This document shows, piece after piece, positions 1-12,800 of a stretch of DNA of 64,000 nucleotides. Source of the DNA: Chrysomallon squamiferum (taxonomy: Eukaryota > Animalia > Mollusca). A program made the translations under genes and the position numbers. Location of the stretch: the NCBI GenBank assembly GCA_012295275.1, contig CM022673.1:24614001-24678000 (forward strand), read 5' to 3'. The first letter of the stretch is position 1, and each line of letters begins with the position of its first letter. Below the pieces are notes generated by a model. That model did no database searches. It saw only the letters and a list, made by a program, of their open reading frames with translations, and had not been told where the DNA came from.

Positions 1-151
1 TTTTTTTTTTTTTTTTTTTTTTTTGAGGGGTATTCTATATATACATATCTTTATCCAGAAATTAGATCAGTGTTAATTAAAGTTTAATAGTGAAACAGTT
101 TCCCTGGTTTAAATCATGGTGATGGTGTGTTTTATGTAATCTTGACTTTAG

Positions 152-2331
152 GTTTTAAGCGCTGACTCTCGTATTAGGAGACTTTGTACAGTGAAGGTGA
201 GATTCGGAACAAACCTGTAAATGTTGTTTATTCCTGACTTACTTTCAACCTCTACGCTGTAACTTCCTCAGCCTCTGTTTCAGTACCTGTAATAAAAACC
301 TGGACATGTAATCTGCTTGGTGTGTGTTACCTGCTTCTTTCCTGTTAACCATTTTGTTTTATTTAAAAACCTCAGTCAGTTATCTCTTTGTACAGTTTTC
401 ATGTTGACTTGTAAACCTAAATGTTTCAGGAGATGTGTTTTGTATATGATTTATAATGATTATTATTACTGTTGTTGTTGTTGTTGTTATTGTCATTGTT
501 ACTGTTATTGTTACTATTGTTGTTATTGTTTTCATTATTTTATTTTTTATTTTTAAAAAATTTCGTTTTCAGTGGGTTTTTGTTTTTTTGAGGGGTTTTG
601 TTTTGTTTTGGGCATCTTTTTATAAAAATTTCTTTTTCTTTTATTTTTCTTTTTTATTTTGTTTTTATTTTTTTTACTTTTTTTATTTTTATTTTTATTT
701 ATTTTTTTGTTATTTTGTTTCAGAGATTTGAAAACAAGAACTCCATATTAAATGAAATCAAAAATAATTATTTAACTAATTATGTGGTTAAAAGTGTTAG
801 TTTAATCTATTTCTAGGTTAAAATGATGTTAGCAAACATCAGGTGTTGTCAGTGTCTGTGTATGTGCTTATTCCTAAACATAGAGGCTAGTCATGTCTCT
901 CTTTAACATTCAAGTGTGTTCTTCTTACCAGTCTCATAACTTAATACTTGGCTCAGAAGCACAACTGACATTAATTTCTTCTTTATTGCAATTTACTGTT
1001 TCTATTCTTTGTACATACAATACCAATTCTGTAAGTTTTTTACCATTTTCCATCCGTTTGTTGTATCTTTGTTGTTGAGTAGGAGATAATGTCTTACACA
1101 GGTTCATGTGTTTTTTGTTCAGTTGATTTATTCCAAATTGTACGGTTATAAAAGCACATTTTAATGTTTTTCAATTAATTTATTTATTTATTTATTTTAT
1201 TTTATTTTATTTTATTTTATTTTATTTTATTTTATTTTATTTATTTTATTTTATTTTTTTATATTTAATTAAAAAAAAACTATATTGTAAATTTATAACA
1301 GAGGCTAAAACAATATATTTTCAGTAATATTATATCACAGATTTTATAGTCTTATTTCTGGAAATATCAAAGTTGTAGAAATTAACAACAAATAATATTC
1401 AAAACATTGTATTTTATTATCTTGTTTCCAATGATGTTTTACTTATGGTGTTTTTTTTTCATTCTTTTTCTTACTTTACTTATTTACTTACTTATTTAAG
1501 TTTGCTACATATTTATAGTTTTCATTTCTTTTTCTTTATATATATATATATTTATTTATTTATTAATTTATAGCTATTATCAATTAATTTGTTTTTAATT
1601 CTAAACATTTTAATTTTAATATGGAATCACATATGAGTATTTCACTGTGATTTCCAAGCTGACAGTTTGATCATGAATTCAGTGCAGCAGCAGTGAACAG
1701 AATTACCTTTCCAGTTAAGGAAAACCTCAAAGAATTAAGTTACAGAATTATTAAAAATGTAATTTTCTTTTCAGACTGAATATTTAGAAGCACTCACAGA
1801 AGCATATTTGAAAAATGGAATCCCATTGGTCACTGAACAAGGTATCTGTTTTGTTTTGTTTTGTTTTAAAATGAAAATTTAAGTATCTTTTTGTTTGACA
1901 TGTTCCCACTATTGCGAAAGATGGAGAGAATGAACACATTTCATTATTCAGATAATTATACAACTATTCTGTCACAGAATTTGCATAGTTACTATGTTAA
2001 TATTTATTAAGTGAGTTTTAAATGGATTTGGTGTCATTTAGGTAAAGTTAAGAGGATTTGTAGATTATGTGTTTGTCTTTGTTTTCTTGTTTCTTGTTAA
2101 CATAATTTGAAATATGTCCATATAACCATTTATTTTTCAGTTTTCTTTGTTAGTTATAAATACAGAATTTGAATGAATAAATTAACATCTTTTGTAGGCA
2201 AGTAAATTGTATGTGAAAATACATTATAATTATATATAGCATTGCTGATGCAGTTGAAATGTTGAACCTGTTATATTGTCTGGTCTGTTATAGTCATTTA
2301 TTAAAAACAATCATACTGTAACACACACAGT

Positions 2332-2362
<31 letters not shown>

Positions 2363-3631
2363 ATATATAAAAATGTAAACAGACACAAACACACACATGC
2401 ACACGTACACTGTTATATATAAACACACACACACACATAGATACACCCAGAACATACACATACCAGTAAGACTTCATTTTTAACAACACTTATACATTCA
2501 AATTTAAAGTCAAAATCAGAAAGTTTTGTCAATAATCTTTGTTTTCTGTACATGATCTACTTCAGACTGTGACTCTCTTTCTGTATATTAATGTCATCTG
2601 AGTCAAACAGTATTTATCAACATACATCAGAAATATCTTTGTTCTTTTTCAGTTTTTCGTCTGCATGCTCACAGTAAATAGCTCATTTATGTGTTATTAT
2701 ATGAACAGAAACTGTTCTGCCTGAGCACTGTCACAGCTTTGATATGTGTATTGCTTACTAGGCTGTCACAGCAGCTGCAGTAGTATGAGAATGTCGATGT
2801 GTGTATGTGACCAGTCACAGTGAAGAGTAGGCAGAAAGTCCACACTAAAGAGTTTATTCATGAAATCATCTAGTAATTAAATATGTCACGTTTTATAAAA
2901 TAATTCACAGCTAAAAGTTGGCTTGCAGTTACAGTAATTGTAACTAGTGATGTTTTTTAATCACTCCATTAGATCAGCAAGAACAGCTCATTCATTTGTT
3001 TCCTTTGAGAATACAATACTTTATCTCAATCAAAAATATGCATAGTTAAGTCTAGAAAGAATTGATACACTACTACAGTAAGAACAATATGAGTTTCTTA
3101 AGAATTTATCAGTGCTTCATGCACGTATCATATTCATGCTTTAAATGTACCTTTTTTCGTGTCTTGTCTTCTTACCTCCCTGTGGTAAATGAAAAATGAT
3201 AAATTCTTTTAAACTTCACAATTTTAAATCTGCTCTGTGTAACTGAACTGGTCACATACATCTGTGTGAGTGTGTGGTGGGTTATATATGTACCTGGGTG
3301 AGTGAGTGAGGGCAGGTGAATGCGAAAATGTTTTAATTATCCAGATGTTTTGTATGACGTCAGGTGATCAGCTGATGTTATCAATTATTGTTATATATTA
3401 ATAATGATTTTTGTTTTATGAAAATTTGATTTAAAAAAATGTTTGATAATAAATCAATGTTGCTGTTGTAGAGACCAAATAATACATTTGTTTACATTAA
3501 ATATTAAAACAATAATAATAAATCTTCATATGTTACAGAGTATAGTAGGTCTTGACTCATGTTTTTTTTCCATTTAGGCTAGAGTTAATTAATTTATATA
3601 TTTTATTTATTCATTTATTTATTTATTTATT

Positions 3632-3694
<63 letters not shown>

Positions 3695-5327
3695 TGCTTT
3701 AAATTAATTCTTACAGTAGGTAATCACCTTTAACTACAATATAAATAAACAGTTCATTGTTTTGTGAGTTTATAAGATAAGAAGAGTGTATAAAGAGTGT
3801 ATGACATCAGCAGAGAGAGAGTGTATGACATTTGTGTGACGTTACCCAGAGCTTGTAGCTTGTTCCTGTCTCCACAGTTCCCCATCTGCGATACTCCGGC
3901 AACAGTCAGGCCTTCCCCAACATGCCTCTCTGTCCTCACCACGAACAAACCTTCTCTGCACAGAGCATCGCATGTCAGCTGCAAAACATGCAGTACGGAG
4001 GTAACTGTTTTTTTGTTGTTTCTCTTCGGGTGGGGCTGCTGTGCTGTGTTTGACTAACCCTTGTGTGACGTTTTGGAGCTTCACCGAGCTTCTGTTTGTT
4101 ACTAACATGTCTTACTGTGGTTGGTGGTGGTGGTGGTGGTGGTGGGAACGTGTGTGTGTGTTTCTGTTTTAATGTCGAAGTAGATGATGTCGGTAGTCGA
4201 TGCACCTTTCCGTTTTAATATTTCTGATTTGTTTATGGTTTTGTGGGTGAAATAATGTGAAATGAAATGAAATTGTTTTATTTGAAATTTTATATTTTTA
4301 TTTTTTTATTTTTTGTTATATTGTTTTAATATATTTGAATATTTTTGTAATTATTATATTTCAAGAAGAATGTGAAAATCTATCCAGATGTGTGTTACAT
4401 GCTAAATGATTTAATTATATTCCATTTTCAAAATTTATTATAAAATTATTTATTTATATTTTTGAAAAATTCTATTATTATTATTAATTTTTCTTGTATT
4501 TTGTTTGTTTTATTCATAGTTCTTCATATTATTATTTTTTCAATGTTTCACTTACACAATTAAACTTTATAGTATGTTAACACAAATATTCATCATTTTG
4601 CATCTCTATGGAACATAGCTTCAAGTAAAATCTTGTTGTAATTTTTTCTTTCTTGTTTTTTCTTTCTTTTTTTTTTACATAATTTAATATAAAAATTATT
4701 AAACAGCACATTATTTCTCAATCACTTCAGTTACATTGTGAGAATTCTTTAATGAAGACACACAAAGTAATGTAGCATATTTTTAACTCAAAAGGAGTAG
4801 AATTTGATATCATTTCTATGAGTTTAATTTGTTTCTGAGGTCATATCATTTATTCAGACTCAAGGAAAATGTTATAAATATTTAGCATAAATAATAATTT
4901 GGTAAAAAAATAAAAAATTAAATTCAGTGAGTAATTAGTTATTACTGTTTGCTCTGTCCCTTTGTCCTTTACCCAATGCTGAGTTGAGGTGTAGCTGTGA
5001 TTGTTCAAACCATTGTATTGTAGCTGTGATTGTTCAAACCATTGTATTGTAGCTGTGATTGTTCAAACCATTGCATTGTATCTGTTAGAATCTTCAGCTT
5101 GCTTGCTAGGCCTTTTAATGATCCTTAATATTTTATTTCAATATTTATTTAAAAATTGTATTTATTTATTTATTTATTTATTTATTTTTCTTTATTTTAT
5201 TATTCTTTTTATTGTTGTAGATATAATTAAATCAGTTATTAGTATGTTTTTATTATTCTGTCAATATTACTTTGTGTCCAATTCTTTATCTGAATATCAT
5301 TTTAAATCAACTATTTGTTTGTTCAAA

Positions 5328-5362
<35 letters not shown>

Positions 5363-6750
5363 TAATAAAAATAATAATAATGATAATGGTAATAATAATA
5401 ATAATACTAATCGTAATAATAATAATGATAATAATAATAATGGCAATAATAAAGGAAAATGATGTGAATAAGAATAATAACATATAAAACAAAACTACAC
5501 ATTTCAGAAAACTGAAGTTATGTTCAACTGAGACATTTCACCTGTTTAACGTTTGCTTTTGTTTTATTGTCTGTGTTTACTAGTGTTAACAAAAACACAC
5601 AGTAACAATATTTTATACTTTATGAATGTATTATCGTGTAAGCTGTAATGACAAGCAGGTTTACAACAGGATTGTGATGTTATGTACAGCAGTTGTATGT
5701 TCTACTTAGAATCAGTTCCGGTGTCAAACCCCGAGTTTAAGGGTGGCAGGTTAAAGAAACTGAAGGACAAACGACAACAAGACAAAGACTTGGCCCCTGT
5801 CACATCCACACCACTGGGTATTATAACCTGAGTCAGCAGCAGAACCCATCTAACACTGTCCTAGATAAATCTACATCTCTCGCTGCACACTGACACATCT
5901 AACTCTGCCAAAAACAGTCTCACATACTCAGTGTCCAGCTTTAGTGTCCTTCATGTCCAGTCTGCTTACTCCACCTGGTCTCAGAGCTTTGGACAGTGAT
6001 GAGTTTTAGCTCACAGTGACTAACACTGAAATATCTGATGTCATCTTACTGTCTTAAAAAAGAATATTTTTAACAATGCTTTTTCAAGCAAAGTGTATAT
6101 GCAAAGGGTAGGTGATTATTCTATTTATTTTAAATTCAAGATTTAAGGTCCGTTCCTTTATGCAAAACTGAATATTCTTATATAAAAACAGAGCCAAAAA
6201 TAGAGATATTCATTTATGAAATAATCATGGAACTTCTGAATATTTCATTTTATTTTTTCAGTGTGAAAACCTCTACATCTAACATAAGAAACATCAATGT
6301 CAGAACAAGCTATTAAAGTTAAATATTCCTTGTTTCACAAAAACGTATCAGTTAAACTTTACAGACATCTGTAATGTTAAAAATGTGACTGACATTTTTT
6401 GGGATGACACTGAGTATGTGTGACATAAGCCTTGCTTACAACATTCTCAAAATAACAAAATAGATTCTGAGTATATACGAGATATTTACAAACCACTTTG
6501 TCAAACACAGTTTTAGAAAACATAGGCTTACATTTGTTATTTATTAGCTGTAACTGATACTTGGTAATGAAAAAGAATAGTATTTCTTTCTCTGTATATA
6601 TATATTTATATACTGTATATAATGTGTATATTGTAAGTATTAGTTGTTATTTAATCATTGTCTTTTTATTGTTCTTTATTGCTTCTCTTCTCAGCTTTTT
6701 GACATCACACACTTCTTTATTTGTGTTTCTATAATTATTATCTTTTAATA

Positions 6751-6806
<56 letters not shown>

Positions 6807-9800
6807 TATAATGATCAGTATCTTCATCATAATCAACTTTAAAGTTTAATATTAAAATATACACCTAATAAATTATTTTGAAGTTGCCTTCTTTCAACTT
6901 TGTTTTGGCTTTCTCTTATTTTGATCTAGCCAGTGTCTGTCTTCTTCTCATTCAAGAAGTGTTTTTGTAAAATCTTACTCTGGTTTTCTACTGTCTTAGT
7001 GTCTTCAATTGATCATGTGTCACGGTTTGGGTAATAAAATAATCAGGCATAGAAATGGTGCTTTCTTCATTGATAGCTATCATATGTTTTTTTCAAATTT
7101 AATTAATGTGCACTTGTAATGTCATTAGGTTTTATTATAAAACTAAAACAAAGTCTGCAGATTGTATGTATTTTACAACAAAACGAAATTAGCATAATTA
7201 CATTATAAATTTATAAATAAACAGAAAGGCATGAGAAATGATAAGACAGTCAATGTAAATGTTGTAGTATTGACTAATTTTAGTTAGACCTGTTGTATAC
7301 ACTTTTTTTAATAGTGACTGATGAGCTTTGAAACCTTTCAAGTAATTTATAGATTTCTGTTTTCTGCTGTCCCAGAACATTTTCTATTAACAATCTTTAT
7401 TTATGAAATGTTTCTAAAAAAAAAAAAAAAAAAAAAACACCTCTTTTTAACCATTTATTATCTTTTAGCTATCTTGTTTTTCTTTTTTCTTTTTCTATTC
7501 TTTTTTTCTTGAGGTCCAATTACATTTATCACTTTATTTCAGAAGATTAATAGTTGAATTAACAGTTCCTTGCTCCCTGCATTATTTACAAAACTATTCA
7601 CAGAATGTTTCTTTACATGAGGAAAACAGTAATTAGTTGAATATTTATCACTTTATATTATTTCTGCTTTCAGTAGTAACAATAACAAAATTATTTTACT
7701 TTTTGTCTTCTTGTTGTACACATTTTTTTTAATGTTTTTTGTAGAACTTGTAGGTTTTATTTATCAAAAAAATTAACAAAGTTATTTTTAAAATAAAAAT
7801 TTGTTATTTCTTTGTCTTTATTTAATTATATATCTATAAATACATGTTACAACTGTTTTAAAATAATCATAACAATTTGTTTAATACTACATTTTAAATG
7901 TGTTGGATATCAACATATACTGATATTGTTTTTAACTATGTACAATGCATAGTATTTTTGTTGTTTTTTAAATACTTTGTATTACTTTAAAAGTATATAT
8001 ATATATATTACTAATATATAACAGTTTGGATATTTAACAAGGGTTATATTCTAATATAGTAAATGAATTTACTGAAATAAAATATTGAGAAAACAAATCA
8101 TAAACTGTAAAGCATTTAATTGTGTCCGAATATTTGTGCTTAAAAATGGATTCACCTGATCTTCAGACTTTATGATTTAGCTGAGATCAATATGTTTTTT
8201 GAATTTCAGTATTGATAGAGAAGAAAAGAATTAATTTTTGTATTGTAACATAGTTAACATGTGTGGATTTGTTGTGGAACTAAATGTTTGTTTTGTACCA
8301 ATAGGAAATTCCTACTTTAAGATATGGAAAATACTGACACGATCTCATGAACAAAAGTGTAAGAATTACATTTCTTTTTACTGTGAAATACTGAACTGTG
8401 TCTTCCTAGACATTTTATAAGTAGAATGTATGATCCAAATAACCAGAAAGACAGGCCTGATATTTTTATTACATTATTTTTATTATTTGTTGTAGGAGAA
8501 ATAACACACACAGTAACAACAGTAATATTAATATCCAACAACAAACACACACACACACACATACATACACACATATACATACACACATATACATACACAC
8601 ATACACATACATACATACACACACATACATACATACACACACACACATACACATGCACATATAAATAAATGAATAATTAGACATTTATTATTTTAATCAC
8701 ATACAAACATAAATACAGGTGTTTTGTGCACGTTGTCTTTCTGATTGTTTTGGAAATACTTCTCCATTCTCAGAACCTGAGATAAGTAATAACAACAATA
8801 CAGTCTTTGTCATCTTGTACATCTTTTTACTACTTATTTCATCCTTTAGAATTAATGTGGGTTTTCAGTCTTTTAGCTAGTTTCCTAATTATCTTTTTAA
8901 AATTCTGTCAGTTGGTGTAGATGGCTTTCTTTTCAGTCGTCATGTGAGAAATAATTTAGTTAATTTAGTTTTCTAACAAAATGTTTCTGTTGTGTAGACA
9001 TTTGACCCATTCTGTAGTACAGAGACAGATTTATATTTCCACTACTTTGGGAGATCTGTGTATATCTATTACTTTTAATCAGTAGGAATAGTTTGCTTAG
9101 TGATGGATCTGGCTTTTCTACTTCACATTAACATCATACAAATATCTGTTATTGAAATATTTTATAGATGTTAAAATTTGGAAGACAAATAATATAAAAC
9201 AAAATAAATCTGGGCAGTGAATTATGATAAATATTAAATAATGTTTTTGATTGAAATTTGCCATATCATATATATCTTAATTCTTTGATGTAAGTATACT
9301 GTCATTCAAAATAGTAAAAGACAAAAATAGATCTATCTACAGATATGTAATTTGACAGAAAACAAGTTAAAATTTTTAATTTTCCATGAAATCTGCCAGT
9401 AACTGTAAAATGAATTTTACATAATTATTTCAGTTCAGTTTATGATTACATTTTAGAATTTCAAACATCGAGAGAAATAATTATTTATACATCTGTTTTT
9501 ACACATCTGTAATTTGTTACTGTTATTTTTCATAACAATGCATTACATTAGTCTCTAGACTTCTGTCAAATTGTTTGACATCATTCATTTACAGTTATGA
9601 ATTTTATATTTTCTGTGACTTTCATAATGTAACTTTATAGTTTATTAAAATCCTAAGTTTTGTCAAAAAAGCTATTTATTTGTGTTGATCATAAATTGTA
9701 GTTTGTAAACCATATGATGCAGATAATTTCAGATTTCTCGACTTTTTCATATTATATTTCTGCTTGTTAACAAAATGTCTTGACTGTTTAATTTTGGTAG

Positions 9801-12800
9801 TTTTCTGAATACTTATTTGTTACTAGTTAGTAATTTGTTTTACTTAACCATGTTCTTTAATTATTATTTTCATTTAAACCCCAGTGTATAGCAACAACTA
9901 ATACATTAATTTTTATAAAGAAAATAAATTCCAAATAACAATAAAAGATTTTATTTTTCACATTCAAAAATGGATTATGAAAGGTTTCTTAATTATAAGT
10001 ATATAAATAGTACATATTTTATTATATTTTATGAAAGTTATTTCCAAAAAAATTGTATACAGTCTTATAATACTGTATTATTCAAAGTACAGTAATTAAA
10101 TAATTCAGAATATGTAATGAATAACTCTTATTAACAAATTGTTATTATATTTTATGTGTATTTAATTATATGCACTTTTTATAAGATTGTTATTAACCCT
10201 TTTTTATATACTATACAAAAAAATTCTTAATAATCTTCCTGAACCTCTATAAGTATGTATATACAAATATTTAAAACCAGTTTTTTTGTTGTTTTTTTCA
10301 AACTAACTAATCAATGTGAAATCTTGTCAGTTTATTTTACATTCCACCAAACCTTCTTGTCACTGAATAACCTGACATGCTCAATGAGACTGGTAACAAT
10401 GTTTGACTTGTTAAAGCTAAATAAAACTGTAACTGTGTTTGTTGGTGTTGCAGCTGAAGAGGAGTACTTGAGAAACCAGATTCAGGGTTTTCAGAGTCCA
10501 GCAGACAGACGTCAGCTACCTCGACACCTGGTCGAAGTCTCCGCGGCACAACAACGTCAACAGGATTTACTCAAACAACAGGTTTTTGTAGAGACATTTA
10601 GTAGCAAAATTTTTGATTTCATCGAGAAATTAATTCTGTTAATGAATCCATTATAATGCATGGTGCTACTTCTTGTTAAAAAATATATTTCATATATTTT
10701 ATTTTATTACAGGTATCATGATTGCAGGTAATGAAATTTTTTTAATTAAAACTGAGGGTTCATGCTCTAGATTTCATCTGAAATTAAACCATTGTTTGTG
10801 ATAAATAAATAAAATAAATAAATACATATATGTATATGTACAAACTGACTGTAACTTTGTTTTCATTGACAGGGAGAAAGAAAACATGTTATAAAACAAC
10901 ATCCAAATCCATTTGATGAGAAGCTGGAACTAAAAAGAGGTACTGTTTGCAGTCAAAACACACACTGACAAATGGCTCACTTTCAGTTTAGTTACTACTT
11001 CCATGTTCAGAACACTGCCACATACATGCATTAAAAGAAATAATGTTTTCTTCATATGTTGTCTTTTCTCAAATCTTAACAAGAGAGATACTTGCAAATT
11101 AAATTATATATATATATAGACAGACACACACGCATACACATAAAAGTTACAGCTTAATGTATGTGTTTGTGTGTGTGTGTGTTTATTTCTGTATACTTGT
11201 TTCTGTATACTTATATTTGTTTTCAATTATTGTATTATTATGGTTTTGATGTTATTAATGTTTTAAGATTTAAATATAGTCTTTAAGAAATAACTGACTG
11301 GTACTGTGTTGTAGAATACTCGCGTTCACGTGTTCCATCTGCAACAGTCATCAACTACGAGCCTTACAACAGTGAGATGAGCATGTTTGGAGAAAATGGT
11401 GACTACCAGGGTAATTCATTTGTAAAATCATCTAACTTGTCATGATTTTTAGTAAGTTTAAAGATGATGTGAAGGTGTTATGAGTAGTAATTAAACACAG
11501 GATGTACATAACAGGGAATACATTACAACCAGCCTGGAAATCAGTATTTCTCTTTTTTTATCTCTCCTGGATTTATTTTAACTTTTGATGCGAACCTCAA
11601 TTAAATATTTACATCAGTATATAAATTGGCAGAAAAAGAATTAAAAAAATATAGTGCAAGCATTTTCATAATTTTAAAATAAATTGTTCAGTTCTAATCA
11701 CTTTAGGACATTCTAAGTTTTACAAGCTTTTAAAATGAAACTGAAATATAGGAATTTTTTAATGTTTACTTTACTTGAACCTGTTGTTCTGTTCTAAAAG
11801 GTTGCAGTGAATGTGTCTATGAATCACTGTTTGTAAATCTATTTCAGATGAAGTACAAGACAAAGGATCACGCAGTAATTCCATTCCTAGTTTCAGAGAG
11901 AAAAGTGGAAGAAAAAGTCGAATGGGTAAAATAAAATACTGATAGCAAATTAGTTATACACCTGTCCATTTCAGACATGTTTCAGACAAGTAACTAGGGC
12001 AGATTTGTTTTTTAAAAGATATCCTTTGAAAACTCTGAATGATTTAATTTGTGAGTTATAAAAGCAACACCTTGTCTGCCTAGTAATGCCAATATTTCCA
12101 TTCTCTCACAGTAACTGCAGCTAAAATGTTATTCCAAAAATTGACATTAAAATACTGGGCTTATCATGAACCACATAATTCCAAATATGAAGTTATAATA
12201 TATAATGTGTAGAAAAATATTCTTATCATACAATCCTCAATTATAATTATTTTCTTTTTTAAAAAAAACAACATTATTACAATAATTATTAATTTATTAT
12301 TTATTGTAATGTTTAGTATATTTATAGTGATAATTGCACACACACAGGTATGCATGATGAAGAAGAAACTATGAATGGTGACATCAGTCAGGTGACAGAC
12401 GTGACTAAGACATACACATCTCCTATACCCCGAGTCTTCTCCGATTCAAAAATCTCCCGAAGTCCTACAACAGCGAACAGACCCAGCAACAGTCGCCAGA
12501 GGTCTTCACGAGAACTCCTACCTTCAAGTGTCTGCTCCATTCGCAGCGACGTCAACATCAACATCCCAGCTGCTGAGTAAGTCTCTCTGTTGTCATCAAC
12601 AATGTCATTATACCCACAATACATTCAAATTCCTATCCATTAGTTTTATACAAAACCTTTTTTGTCAGAAATAGTAGCTAACATGCTGTCTCACTATAGA
12701 AAGAAAAAAAAGAATGGTCTGGTAATGGGTTTTATTGATTAAAGATGTTTTTTGTGTGGTTTTTTTTTTTTTTTCAGGCCGTACATTAACAAACTAATGA

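Noticed and set aside
724-786. Possible extra exon RFENKNSILNEIKNNYLTNYV in gene 1
   Set aside because: Good acceptor but weak donor (gttaaa) and intron-like composition; not needed for frame.
317-816. Poly-Cys/Ile/Val/Phe ORFs here and similar ORFs at 5001-5492, 35076-35576, 39054-39361, 45442-46032
   Set aside because: Translations of (TGT)n/(ATT)n/(GA)n microsatellites and T-rich intron; no coding signal.
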